The notes: generated from the letters alone by a model not told the origin. 64,000 bases of DNA from Coleofasciculus chthonoplastes F2-STO-03 (GCA_040222015.1 JAVJWO010000195.1:74721-138720), one strand, 5' to 3'. Shown: positions 1 to 10,600, counted from the stretch's first letter. Made by a program: numbers and translations.

Positions 1-2
1 AC

Positions 3-302
3 CAAGGAACTTCTATTGGACAGCGTTTAGAACAATACACAATTAAGTATCCTCAAGAAGTCTTACTCGTTACCGCTCAAATTGCTGGCGAAGAGGATCA
101 GATTGCTATTTACAAGGGGTTTTCTAGTTCGTTGATGCGTCCAACGGCTTTCGATCCGGATGTGCCTGTCATACCACCCGAAGCAGAAATTGTTAAAATT
201 GATCGCGTCGCTAGTCCATATAATCCGGATGCACCTCGTTACATTCAGCAGGGGTTAACTTGGGAAGCGATTCAGCCCTTGTTGGTAGATGCTGGTGTTT
301 AA
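3..302 (+). CDS. Conserved cyanobacterial/plant hypothetical protein, 5'-truncated by the window edge
   Basis: Manual translation of an open frame: ...RLEQYTIKYPQEVLLV...IYKGFSSSLMRPTAFDPDVPV...IDRVASPYNP..., ending TAA at 300-302. Confidence 0.75.
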   Translation, partial: QGTSIGQRLEQYTIKYPQEVLLVTAQIAGEEDQIAIYKGFSSSLMRPTAFDPDVPVIPPEAEIVKIDRVASPYNPDAPRYIQQGLTWEAIQPLLVDAGV

Positions 303-440
303 AATTAAGCCTTACCAACTGGCTTGGGTTTTAACTCAAGGATCAACGCGAAAGTCAGCTCAAACATACGGTTTATTGAATCAGAACAACGAGTCTTTTG
401 TCAACTCAGTTCTAGGGTAATCAATACAAAATGCTATTAG

Positions 441-478
441 TTAACACGACGCTTCGCGTACAGTGAGAAGTAGTTCAC
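441..478 (+). mobile_element. Possible IS200/IS605 right-end remnant
   Basis: GACG + short imperfect hairpin + TAGTTCAC; same terminal GTAGTTCAC as the right end of the IS at 15378. Confidence 0.35.
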
Positions 479-506
479 ATGCTGATCAAACGGAGTTGAC
501 CGAGTT

Positions 507-1874
507 ATGAGTTACGATTTTAATCTGTTTGTTATTGGTGGCGGTTCAGGCGGAATTGCCACAGCACGACGAGCAGCACAATATGGGGCAAAGGTAGGAG
601 TAGCCGAATTCAGCCGCTTGGGAGGAACCTGTGTGAATCGCGGCTGTATTCCCAAAAAACTGATGGTTTATGCCTCTCATTTTCCGGAGGTGTTTGAAGA
701 GGCGCAAGGGTATGGCTGGAGTCCTGTACAAAGCACTCTCGACTGGCATAAAATGATCGAGGCGGTGCAAAAGGAACTCGAACGCCTCAATGGAGTTTAC
801 CTGCGGATGTTGGATAATTCCGAAGTGCAACTGTTTCGGGGTTATGCCAAATTTGTTGACCCTCATACGTTAGAGATTTTTGAGTCTCCCAATAGCAGTA
901 CGGCGTCACAGAGAGTGAGTGCGGACAAAATTTTGATTGCCGTGGGCGGACATCCGGTTACGCCCAATATTCCGGGTATAGAACATGCGATTATCTCCGA
1001 TGATATGTTCCTCCTCAAGGAGCAACCGAAGCGAGTCGTGATTCTCGGTGGTGGCTACATTGGTGTGGAATTTGCCTGTATTATGCATGGCTTGGGTTCT
1101 GAGGTAACTCAGATTATCCGCAAAGAAAAGATTTTGCGGGGGTTTGATGACGATATTCGCACTCAAATCCAGGAGGGAATGCAGCAACACGGTGTCCGGA
1201 TTTTGGAGGGTAGCGTACCGACAGCGATTGAAAAAACAGAAGATGGATTAAAGGTTACAGTCTGTGGCAAGTATGAGGAAACGGTAATTGGAGATATCTT
1301 TCTCGCTGCTACGGGGCGCAAGCCGAATCTCCAGAATCTAGGGCTGGATAAGGCTGGAGTCGATCTCTGTCAAGATGCGATCGCGGTGGATGAGTATAGC
1401 CGTACTTCTCAACCTCATATCTATGCGGTTGGGGATTGCACAGATCGGATTAATTTGACGCCAGTTGCGATTAACGAAGGGCGTGCCTTTGCCGATACAG
1501 AATTTGGCGGCAAATCTCGGGTGATGAGTTATGAAAATGTCCCCTCGGCAGTATTTAGTACCCCAGAAGCGGCAACGGTGGGGTTAACCGAAGCTCAAGC
1601 CAGGGAAAAGCATGGCGATGCGGTGAAAGTCTATCGCGCCCGTTTCCGCCCCTTGTACCACACTCTCACGGGTCGAGAGGAACGGGTTATCGTCAAGTTA
1701 GTGGTTGACGAAACCACGGATAAAGTGTTAGGAGCGCACATGGTTGGAGCATCAGCGGCTGAGATTATTCAGGGCGTTGCGATCGCTGTGAAAATGGGAG
1801 CGAAAAAAGCCGATTTTGATGCTACCGTTGGTATTCATCCCTCGACCTCTGAGGAGTTTGTTACCTTGCGGTGA
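507..1874 (+). CDS. gor: Glutathione-disulfide reductase
   Basis: GGGSGG FAD motif, GGTCVNRGCIPKK redox disulfide, GGGYIG NADPH motif, C-terminal HPSTSEE. Confidence 0.96.
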   Translation: MSYDFNLFVIGGGSGGIATARRAAQYGAKVGVAEFSRLGGTCVNRGCIPKKLMVYASHFPEVFEEAQGYGWSPVQSTLDWHKMIEAVQKELERLNGVYLRMLDNSEVQLFRGYAKFVDPHTLEIFESPNSSTASQRVSADKILIAVGGHPVTPNIPGIEHAIISDDMFLLKEQPKRVVILGGGYIGVEFACIMHGLGSEVTQIIRKEKILRGFDDDIRTQIQEGMQQHGVRILEGSVPTAIEKTEDGLKVTVCGKYEETVIGDIFLAATGRKPNLQNLGLDKAGVDLCQDAIAVDEYSRTSQPHIYAVGDCTDRINLTPVAINEGRAFADTEFGGKSRVMSYENVPSAVFSTPEAATVGLTEAQAREKHGDAVKVYRARFRPLYHTLTGREERVIVKLVVDETTDKVLGAHMVGASAAEIIQGVAIAVKMGAKKADFDATVGIHPSTSEEFVTLR

Positions 1875-2068
1875 ACTCCCTGCACTCCCAATACTGTTCG
1901 ATTAAGGAGAGCAGGGGAAGCAGGGGAAGCAGGGGGAGCAGGGGGAGCAGGGGGAGAATAAATGCAATTAAAGCTTGTCCGAGCAGTATTGCCTGCACTC
2001 CTCTATGAGTGAGTGCAGGCTTCCTACCCAACAGAATGCTTAATCGTGGATTTCTTGCGTCCTCCGCG
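1871..2068 (-). mobile_element. Orphan IS605/TnpB right end plus partial omegaRNA-like scaffold, no tnpB, interrupted by a MITE
   Basis: With the MITE and one TSD removed, the minus strand reads GAAG-CCTGCACTC-loop-GAGTGCAGG-GAGT-TCAC, same layout as the right end at 15378; terminal TCAC overlaps the gor stop codon. Confidence 0.7.
1889..1991. mobile_element. MITE, 103 bp, 18-bp imperfect TIRs and 10-bp target-site duplication
   Basis: TIRs CAATACTGTTCGATTAAG / CTTGTCCGAGCAGTATTG; TSD CCTGCACTCC at 1879-1888 and 1992-2001; internal GCAGGGGRA 9-mer repeats. Confidence 0.85.
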
Positions 2069-2079
2069 ATTAATTCTTA

Positions 2080-2130
2080 AGTCGTCTTTAGACGACTTTT
2101 GCTTTTAGCCTTGGGTTTGAACCCAAGGCG
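2080..2130. repeat. Two-hairpin REP-like element, second copy at 52902-52952
   Basis: AGTCGTC-TTTA-GACGACT and CCTTGGG-TTTGAA-CCCAAGG; same length and layout as 52902-52952 in the opposite orientation. Confidence 0.65.
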
Positions 2131-2178
2131 ATTGGTGAGACTTGGACTGTTAGAAAGCTGAGAGTAATAAATCAAATT

Positions 2179-2733
2179 ATGAACCACAAGCGTCTAATTA
2201 CTACCATTTTCCTGATGCTACTCTCACCTGTGGCTACAGTTAACGTCAACGCTGTAGCCACAGCAGCAACCCATCTCCAGAAAGATGCAGATACAGTACG
2301 CCAATTGCTAGAAACCAATAGCTGTATGGGGTGTGATTTACGAGAGGTAAATCTAGAAGACGCTCAACTCAAAGGAGCCAACCTGCGAGGTGCTAATCTC
2401 CGGTTGGCTCAATTAAGCGGTATTGAACTCAGCCGTGCTGACCTTGTTAATGCTATTCTCAGAAATGCCGACTTGATTAATGCTTCTCTGGTGGATACCA
2501 ACCTCAGTAATGCGGACTTGAGAGATACAAACCTGATCGCTAGTTTTCTCACCCGCGCCAATTTGAGTAGCGCTCGATTAGAGAATGCCAATCTCACCAA
2601 TGCTTATCTCAAAGGCGCGAACTTACAGGGCGCAAATTTACAGGGGGCTAACCTAGAAGGGGCTGACTGGCGAGATGCTATTTTATGCCAGACGACGCTA
2701 GCAGATGGTACGATATCAAATCGAGATTGTTGA
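2179..2733 (+). CDS. Pentapeptide repeat protein with signal peptide
   Basis: A(N/D)Lxx repeats, CMGCDL N-cap, terminal Cys pair, hydrophobic N-terminus. Confidence 0.9.
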   Translation: MNHKRLITTIFLMLLSPVATVNVNAVATAATHLQKDADTVRQLLETNSCMGCDLREVNLEDAQLKGANLRGANLRLAQLSGIELSRADLVNAILRNADLINASLVDTNLSNADLRDTNLIASFLTRANLSSARLENANLTNAYLKGANLQGANLQGANLEGADWRDAILCQTTLADGTISNRDC

Positions 2734-2736
2734 TTG

Positions 2737-2768
2737 GTCATTTGTCATTTGTCATTTGTCATTTGTCA
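2737..2768. repeat. STRR-type heptamer array (GTCATTT)n
   Basis: Direct tandem copies. Confidence 0.85.
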
Positions 2769-2769
2769 A

Positions 2770-2833
2770 GTCGGGGCGGGTTTAGTTACATCTAGGTGTA
2801 ACCGAAAAGATAGTAGTGAAACCCGCCCCTACA
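2770..2833. repeat. GTAG-type REP-like inverted pair GGGGCGGGTTT...AAACCCGCCCCTAC
   Basis: Related copies at 13329-13389, 39510-39578 and 47637-47698. Confidence 0.8.
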
Positions 2834-2907
2834 CAATCTCCCCCATCTGACACACCGAGCGAAGTCGAGGTGTTCCCCATCTTCCCCATCTTCCCCTTCC
2901 CCATTGC

Positions 2908-3786
2908 CTAAAACAATTCTGGACGTGCCTCAACCGATGGAGTATTATCCGTCACCACGCAATTTGGAGCGGCTACTGTGCCATCAGGAAGCATTGTTCG
3001 GCATAACTGCGCTCCCTGCAAATTGACACCTGTTGCTCCCCGCAAATCAGTTTCAATGAGTTTTGCTCCTGTCAAGTTCGCGCCGCTTAAATCAGCTTCA
3101 CTGAGATTTGCCCCATTGAAATTGACATTGGTTAAGTCTGCTAATGTCAAATTGGCTCGGAAAAGATTCGTATTGCTTAAATCAGCACCTGTCATTCTCG
3201 CCGAGCTAAAATTTCCCAAACTCAGAGTTGATCCACTCAAATTTGCCCCGTATAAAATGACATAAGAGGCAAACGTACCATCTAAACTAGCACCAACGAT
3301 TTGAGCGCCACTCAAATTGGTATCGTACAACCGAGCGCCGCGAAAATTAGCATTAGCTAAAATGGCACGAGTCAAGTTAGCATAATCTAACTTGGCATTG
3401 CTCAGATTTGCTCCTGTAAGATTGGCGGGAACTTCTGTGACAATTGCCCGATCCACCGATGTTTTAGGACTAAAGTTGGCAGCGCTGAGATCAACACCTC
3501 CTAAATTGGCTCCTCTGAGGTCAGCCGATCGCAAATCACAACCGACTAAACTTGGTCGATTTTGCCTCGGCAAAACATACGCTTGTTCAAGACGCCTGTC
3601 GTATTCAGTTCTTTCACTCAAATTGGCACCGGGAGCTTGTCTGGCTCGCTGACATTGTTGTTGAAAGTCTTGCTCAAAGTCCTCTCGAAACTGGGCGTTA
3701 GCTGGTAGTGTCGAAACACCAAAACCCAGGGCTAGGTAAAATCCTAGGATTTTGATTATTGGCCGAAACAGGGGATGTTTATTCAC
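2908..3786 (-). CDS. Pentapeptide repeat protein, secreted/lumenal
   Basis: Long ANLxx array, signal-peptide-like N-terminus, C-terminal LCRT.LPDG cap. Confidence 0.9.
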   Translation of the reverse strand: MNKHPLFRPIIKILGFYLALGFGVSTLPANAQFREDFEQDFQQQCQRARQAPGANLSERTEYDRRLEQAYVLPRQNRPSLVGCDLRSADLRGANLGGVDLSAANFSPKTSVDRAIVTEVPANLTGANLSNAKLDYANLTRAILANANFRGARLYDTNLSGAQIVGASLDGTFASYVILYGANLSGSTLSLGNFSSARMTGADLSNTNLFRANLTLADLTNVNFNGANLSEADLSGANLTGAKLIETDLRGATGVNLQGAQLCRTMLPDGTVAAPNCVVTDNTPSVEARPELF

Positions 3787-3818
3787 GACTCTTCAGTCAC
3801 TACTAACGTTTAATTATA

Positions 3819-5127
3819 GTAAACTACCCCACGCATAGAATGCGGGGGCTTTCGGTAGCCCTAGAATTGATCGGACAAGCCAACAATTCTGAGCCTCTGG
3901 GCTGGTTTACACTCAACCCCACTAAAGCAATCATTTTTGAGCCATTATCATCTGCATCGCCAGTCCATCCACATCGGCTATTGCTGCATTGAAAAGACTT
4001 ATTGCTTCTTAGTCCTATATGTAGACAGCAATGACACGTTTGACTGGTATAAGCTGGATTAACTGCTAATACCTCAACTCCTTCTTTGATTCCCTTGTAT
4101 TCAAGGAAAGTCCTTAGTTGGTAGAAAGCCCAAGAATTAGAGCGTCTGCGCTCAGTTTTATTTCTTGGTTTTTGGTTGGTTCGTTCTCGAATTCCCGTTA
4201 AATCTTCAAGGCTTACGAAGGATTGAGTTGTTTTGGCTTCAGTTATGATAGATGAGCTTATATTGTGGTTTAGCCATGCCTGATACCTTCTCTCTCGACC
4301 CGATAACCGTTTCAAAATCTTTCTAGCTCTACGTCGAGTTGATCTTGTGCCTTGGGACGCTTTTCTTTGAAGAGAAGCTCGGACTCTGGCGAATTTATCT
4401 CTTTTGTCTTGAATCTCTTTTCCTGACCATGATTGCCCTGTGTTAGTTACAGCTATATCTCGTCTACCAAAATCCACACCGATTACGTTATCAGTCTTAA
4501 TTGGTTTTGGCGGTTCAGATTTCAATTGGATATGAACATACCAGTTACCATCACGATGTAAACATACTTGAGCCGATGTCGGCTTTTGTCCTTTCAGTTT
4601 ACCTCGATGATAATTACTAGCTCTAATTGGCGCAGTTAATCTTTTGCCCGTGGTGCTAATGCTAACCGTCCAATCTTCCTCAATAAAGCGAAACGTTCTA
4701 GCATCACAATCAAAACTGGTTGGTTTAATAGATTTAACCTTTTTCCCTTTTTGCTTTGCTGTTAGACGATTAGCTGCTACTCTGGCACAAGCTCTAACCA
4801 CATGATTAGCTGTTAATCTAAACTGGTATTTTACGTCTTTGTAGCAGCAGGCTTGGATTGAGTTTCTATTGGTAAAATATGGATTGACATTTTGATTAAT
4901 CCAATTACAAGCTGACGCAAAAACCCTAGCTGTATCAAGTAACAATTGCTGCTGTTTGATATCAACTTTCACTTGCACAACTAGCGTCAGAACTTGTTTC
5001 ATGCACAATTCAAACTTCACTCTCTAGATTATAGTATAAAAGCGGATGTCCTCAGCAAGCGTTTTATTTGTTGGCGCGACGTTCCTCCCTACATCTGAAG
5101 CTGAGGGCTTCCCGTCGCGCATTTTCG
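3819..5127 (-). mobile_element. IS200/IS605-family tnpB-only element
   Basis: Left end: TCAC|16 nt-GAAG-hairpin (about 5075-5131). Right end: GAAG-CCCCCGCATTCTATGCGTGGGG-TAGT-TTAC ending at 3819. Confidence 0.85.
3824..5002 (-). CDS. tnpB: RNA-guided endonuclease TnpB
   Basis: RuvC motifs GVDFG, LEDL, DADDN; YTSQTC..C..C...C zinc finger; start placed at MKQVL. Confidence 0.92.
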   Translation of the reverse strand: MKQVLTLVVQVKVDIKQQQLLLDTARVFASACNWINQNVNPYFTNRNSIQACCYKDVKYQFRLTANHVVRACARVAANRLTAKQKGKKVKSIKPTSFDCDARTFRFIEEDWTVSISTTGKRLTAPIRASNYHRGKLKGQKPTSAQVCLHRDGNWYVHIQLKSEPPKPIKTDNVIGVDFGRRDIAVTNTGQSWSGKEIQDKRDKFARVRASLQRKASQGTRSTRRRARKILKRLSGRERRYQAWLNHNISSSIITEAKTTQSFVSLEDLTGIRERTNQKPRNKTERRRSNSWAFYQLRTFLEYKGIKEGVEVLAVNPAYTSQTCHCCLHIGLRSNKSFQCSNSRCGWTGDADDNGSKMIALVGLSVNQPRGSELLACPINSRATESPRILCVG

Positions 5128-5324
5128 GTGAATCATAATGCGACTCAGACCGCATCTCATTTGAGATTTTAGATCTTAGCAGCTTAACTGAGCCTCTTTT
5201 GTCAATAGTGTGATAACAAAAATTTATTGACTGAGTTTTACTATCAAATGATAGATGATATTGAGTCTTTGTTCTTTTAGAGTAGAAGTGACAACCACCA
5301 CAATGTATAAAAATTAACTGAAAT

Positions 5325-6086
5325 ATGACAGCACAGCGGAAAAATAGTTCATTTACAGACCATATCAGTAACGCGATCGCAACAACCACTCAAGTCGCCA
5401 CGTTTGCCACTCAGTTGGCGACTAAAGCCACGCAATCGGCGGCTGATACCATTACCAGCACAAGCAAGGCTGTAGGAGAAGTTGTTCGCCCTGCGGCTGT
5501 GCGATTCCTAGAACCAGGAACGGAAACGGTGGGCAAAATCGTGGCACCGATCGCAGAACACCCGTTGACTAAATATGCTGCTAAAGTACCAGGGATTAAC
5601 TTACTTGTTGCTGCACTGGGTCAAGTGGATTTGGAGCAAGCTCAAAAAGACGTAGACAAGCTGCGACAGGAGTACCCGTTTGACACCTCGGAACAGCTTG
5701 CTCATCGGATTATGGTGGATACAGCAATCCAAGGAGGTAGGCTGGGATTAATCACCAACTTTATCCCCCCTTTAGCGCTAGCTTTATTTGGGATTGAGCT
5801 AGCGGCGGTTACAGCACTCCAAGCACAGATGGTTTATCGCATTGCGGCGGCTTATGGATTTTCGCTAAAAGAGCCAACGCGACGCGGTGAAGTTCTAGCA
5901 ATTTTTGGCTTATCTGTAGGGGGTTCCGGAGTTCTTAAAGGGGGTTTAAGTTTTGTCGAAATTTTGCCAGTCATTGGCGCAGCCGTGGGAGCTTCTAGTA
6001 ATGCAGCTCTCATTTATTCCCTCGGATTCGTTGCCAGTCAGTTTTATGAAGAAAAAAGAAACACCTTGACTCGATATCATGAATAG
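5325..6086 (+). CDS. EcsC/DUF697-like membrane-associated protein
   Basis: LQAQMVYRIAAAYG and LPVIGAAVGASSNAAL motifs. Confidence 0.65.
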   Translation: MTAQRKNSSFTDHISNAIATTTQVATFATQLATKATQSAADTITSTSKAVGEVVRPAAVRFLEPGTETVGKIVAPIAEHPLTKYAAKVPGINLLVAALGQVDLEQAQKDVDKLRQEYPFDTSEQLAHRIMVDTAIQGGRLGLITNFIPPLALALFGIELAAVTALQAQMVYRIAAAYGFSLKEPTRRGEVLAIFGLSVGGSGVLKGGLSFVEILPVIGAAVGASSNAALIYSLGFVASQFYEEKRNTLTRYHE

Positions 6087-6258
6087 CTACATTCCCCCAG
6101 CGCCGCCCCTACAATTGACTCATTACTTTTTTTATCGCTAACTGGGATTACTAGACCGATGCTTTAGTGATCGCTATCACTAAAAAGTCCGTTGTTACTA
6201 CACAGTAGCGGAAATTTAGATCACAACAATTTCCCCTAGAAATTTCTACCCTAGAAGT

Positions 6259-6314
6259 GAAGCCCACATTTCGATTGACGTACGTGCTGTCAATCAGAAT
6301 GTGGGCGGCTGTCA
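6259..6314 (+). mobile_element. Orphan IS605-type right-end hairpin
   Basis: GAAG-CCCACATT-TC-GATTGAC-loop-GTCAATC-AG-AATGTGGG-CGGCTG-TCA(G). Confidence 0.5.
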
Positions 6315-6559
6315 GGGTTTCAGGGGTGCATCTGCCCTTTCATATTCATTTAGGGTCTTTTTTCAGGCAGGGTGCATCTGCTTTCTCTAGTTTCGATCAA
6401 TCATCAGCAAAATGGGTAGAGTTACGATGAAATCTAACCCCCTGAATATAAAAATTTAGTAAAGTTTTATATTTTCCGACATGCTCTCCAAAGCCAGTCC
6501 GTCTACGGGGACTCTAGTATATTAAACTATCAGACAATCTCAGTGAGGCAATTGGTGTT

Positions 6560-7561
6560 TTGAGAACCCTTTACTTTTTAGTCCCTGGAACTTATGGCAA
6601 GTTTGCTTGCGGCGGTCTTTGGGCGGAGTTGAAAACCCTGAGTCTGGCAAAGCAGGTTTGCCCTGCGGAGGTGGTCACCTATCGTCAACGGGAAAAGAAT
6701 ACGCTGTTCCTAGATGATTTGCTCAAAAAACAGGATTTAAATAATGTTATTTTTGTGGTCAGTTGGGGATTTGATAGCCCCAAACTTGTAGCAAAGTTAA
6801 AGTTATATCCGGTTATTTACCATGCCCATAGTGCTGGGTATCGATTTCAACTTCCGGCGCGTATCCCTATTATTACCGTTAGTCGCAATACTATGGGATA
6901 TTGGGGACAGAGATCGCCTAATTCTTTAATTTACTATTTACCCAATCATATTTCGGAAGAATTTCAGAACTTCAATCGAGAACGGGATATTGATGTGTTA
7001 GTTCAGGCGCGGAAATCGTCTGAGTATTTACTCCAGGATTTGATACCAGAGTTACAGAAGCATTGTCGCGTTAAAGTTGTTGATTCCTACGTCGAGGATT
7101 TAGTGGGACTCTTCAATCGGGCTAAAGTTTATTTGTATGATTCGGCTGAGTATTGGGCGCAACAGGGGGTAAGTGAAGGCTTTGGGCTGCAACCAATGGA
7201 AGCCCTTGCTTGTGGCTGTCAGGTTTTTTCGAGTGTGAATGGGGGATTATCGGATTATTTAGATCCGGGGTTTAATTGCTATAAAATTGCGGTATATTCT
7301 CAAGAGTATGATATTAAACGCATTCTCAGAGTTATAGAAAATCCGTCACTCAAGCCTTTAGATGAACATTTTTTGGCGGAATATCGGTATAACAATATTA
7401 TCCATCGCCTGAAAATAATTTTAGCGGATGTCAATGATTTTTTTGATTTAAGCCAAAATAAACCGGGGAGTATTCCCCGTTTAACAAAGATACGGTTAGC
7501 TAAATTAATGACCCAGAGTTTTTTTGATAAGCTGCGACAAAAATATATCCTTAAAAAATAA
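6560..7561 (+). CDS. Glycosyltransferase, GT-B/GT4-like
   Basis: EGFGLQPMEALACG (E-x7-E) signature. Confidence 0.85.
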   Translation: MRTLYFLVPGTYGKFACGGLWAELKTLSLAKQVCPAEVVTYRQREKNTLFLDDLLKKQDLNNVIFVVSWGFDSPKLVAKLKLYPVIYHAHSAGYRFQLPARIPIITVSRNTMGYWGQRSPNSLIYYLPNHISEEFQNFNRERDIDVLVQARKSSEYLLQDLIPELQKHCRVKVVDSYVEDLVGLFNRAKVYLYDSAEYWAQQGVSEGFGLQPMEALACGCQVFSSVNGGLSDYLDPGFNCYKIAVYSQEYDIKRILRVIENPSLKPLDEHFLAEYRYNNIIHRLKIILADVNDFFDLSQNKPGSIPRLTKIRLAKLMTQSFFDKLRQKYILKK

Positions 7562-7647
7562 ATTTTTCTCAACAGATGGCAGCCAATAAGTAGCTTGGTG
7601 AAAATAAACCGAACGAGGTTAGGTTCTGTAAATGTTCCTCAAACCTT

Positions 7648-7678
7648 GACAAATGACAAATGACAAATGACAAATGAC
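7648..7678. repeat. STRR heptamer array (TGACAAA)n
   Basis: Tandem copies. Confidence 0.85.
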
Positions 7679-7680
7679 TA

Positions 7681-10600
7681 TTAATCATCCTCTTCATCCA
7701 ACATAATCGTATCTTCGTGAAACACGCCAGTCTCTTGTTCCGCGCCCGCTTCTAACTGTTCCTCTTCAGTTTCCGACTCGGATAATTCCCACTTATTCAC
7801 TTGGGCTGTCTCCCCAGCATACTGCTCTGTATCCGACACAGACGGGTATTGTCCCATCTCGTCCAATTGCTGCGTATCGCCACTATACTGCTCTGTATCC
7901 GAAACCGGGGCTTCAGTTACCCACTCATCCACTTGGGCTGTCTCCCCAGCATACTGATCCGTTTCCGACACTGTAGCTTGGGCATTTAACCGCTCACGGT
8001 CAAACTGTTCAGTTTCCCCATCATAGCGATCGCTTCCTTGCGAGTAAATGGTTGGTAACATGAGTTCCCCTTCGGCACTCTCAATGAAAATCATCGGATC
8101 ATCTTCAAACAAATGCTCCTCTTCGATAGTTTTCACGAAGGGAGAGACAACCAAAGATTGGTAATAGGACTGAAACTCGTCCCAGGAAAAGAACGCTCCA
8201 CTTTTAACCGCAAACTGTTGATTCGGTTCATCTAACTGGGCATCTACTAAACAAGCATTGGTTAAATTCGCTGACGTTAAATTAGCACCCCGCAAATCTG
8301 CCCCCAATAAATTCGCCCCTTCTAACTGCGCCCCTTTGAGATCCGCATCCGCTAAATTTGCCCCAACTAAACTTGCCCAGGCTAAATTTGCCTGTTGTAA
8401 ATTAGCCGCCGCTAAGTTAATCCCACTTAACTCAGCCGTCGATAAATCGGCATGGACAAGATTCGCCTCTGCCAGCATTACCCGATTTAAACAAGCTTGG
8501 GGTAAATGAATCTGCGCCAAACTTCCTCTCGCCCGTTGCCAAAATGTGGTAGGAGATAGGGCAACGGTACGACCCATAAAACTTAACAATTGATCGGCAT
8601 CAAATTCCTGGGGAATCTCTGGGTTGCCACAGGGCCAGAAGGGGAGATTGGCTTCTCTGGTGGCTGAACAGAGGACTAAAAAGACATTTAATCCCACGGT
8701 GGCATCAATTTGTAACGTATTCAAGGGATTATTCAGATCCCGCAACTGTTCGTGAACCCGATGAGCCACCCCTTCATCAAACCACCGTCCGCGACAGTAG
8801 GCGCGATAAAAGCGATAGAGTCGTTGAAATAATACCGGGAAGGAAAAGGCGTCCGCATTGCGCTGTTGCTCCCGTCGTAGTCTCTCAATTACCAATTCCT
8901 CAATTTGAGGAGACAACAAACCATACCCCAACAACTGATAAAGATGTTCAGCCAGATGGAGGGACGAATCAATCACAAACGAGACTTCCCCATACGGGTT
9001 GGGCAGCTTTTGCGTTAATGCCTTCAGTTGCAGGGCAATTTCTTCGGCAGCTAAATAGTCTCCTAAACTAGGGTGAGAAAACTCAATGGAGAGGGGTGCT
9101 GATGCCGCTTTCTGGGACGCAAATGATTGGCGCGGTGAGGACTTCATCCAGTCTCCGGCTTTATCTCTGGGCTGGGTGCGGAAAAAGAACGTGGGTAGGG
9201 GTTGGGTAAAGGAATCCGTCGTCGTTTCTTGATTCTGGAACCGATTCTGGATTACCGTTTGTGTCACTTGATTCTGACCCGTCTGCAAAATCGTCAGGGC
9301 TGTCCCCTGCATTTGACGGCGTAACTTTTGCGGGGAACGTCCTTCCAAGAGATTCGCGATCGCTTCTAGAGAACGCCCTGCATGGGACAACCCTTCGCGA
9401 ATTAACTCCAAGGGCGGTCCACTCCCGCTCGTCGGTTCACCTAGCAACCAGCGACATATCCGGTCATAGATTTCAAACTTAACCTCAGCCGGACTCATTT
9501 TAAAGATGCGATCGTCAATTAAGGCATCTCGATGTAAAATGCCCACCAAATACAGCATCAGGGGACGAGTCAGCAGCGCCACTAAGTCGGGATGGGGAGA
9601 TTGCGGCTGAAACACACCACCATGTTTTAAGAAATTAAAATACGACTGAGCAATGGATTTAGATTGCAGTTTCGCCCACTGGAGAAACCACTTGCGGAAT
9701 TCCTCCTTCGCCATCGGTTCAATAGCAATCCGTTGGAGTCGGCTTTGTAGCGGCGGTAGACTACTATGGCGATATTTACGCGCCAACACGCCATCCAAAG
9801 TAACCGGGCGACTGGTAAGGATAATCTTGTGGCGAGGCGAATTTGACCCGCTCTTCTGAGTATGAAATCGCATCACCTGATCCATAAATGTCCACAAGTG
9901 ACGCTCCGTCTGGGGAGAACGGGGCAATTCATTCAAACCATCTAAAATCAGCAAACAAGGGGGGGAACTGCGAGAGAACCACCCGTCTGTATCCGTGAAC
10001 CGTCCCACCGGGAAGGCTGTCTCCAAGGTTTGCTCCAAGGTTTGACCTAACGTCACATCCCGCAGGCGAATAATCACAGGCATCCACTGGGGATACAGCT
10101 CTTGCGCTACCCGTGCAGCTAACATCTGACAGAAACTGGTCTTACCACAGCCACCATCGGCTTCAATCACCGCAATACTGTTTTTATCATTCAGTTGAGA
10201 CATCACCCATGCCATTAAATCCGTCGGTGGCGAGGAAGCAGCGGCGAGATAGGCAGGGTCAAGATCGTTTTGGCGGCGTCGTTCCCGGTTTTCTTGTCCC
10301 AGGGTGGTAGGGAGGCGTCTGCCGTTCAGGGACACGTAGATTTCCTTGAGGGAAAAGGGTTCCGCAAATAAGGGTTCGCTTAAGGATCGGGAAAGTTCCG
10401 CCCGATAATATTCCCGATCCAAATCCAGGGTCAATTGGGGCGTGGAAAACTCTTCCTCCTCATCCTCTTCTGGAGGGGTGGTGAGGGTGTTACTTAAATG
10501 ACCCAACCGGACAAACTTTTGTAGTTGTGCCAAGGGTAGCGCATTTTCGGCAATCACCTTGAGTAAATGACCCGCGAGTCCATTACTCAACCGTTGGGTT

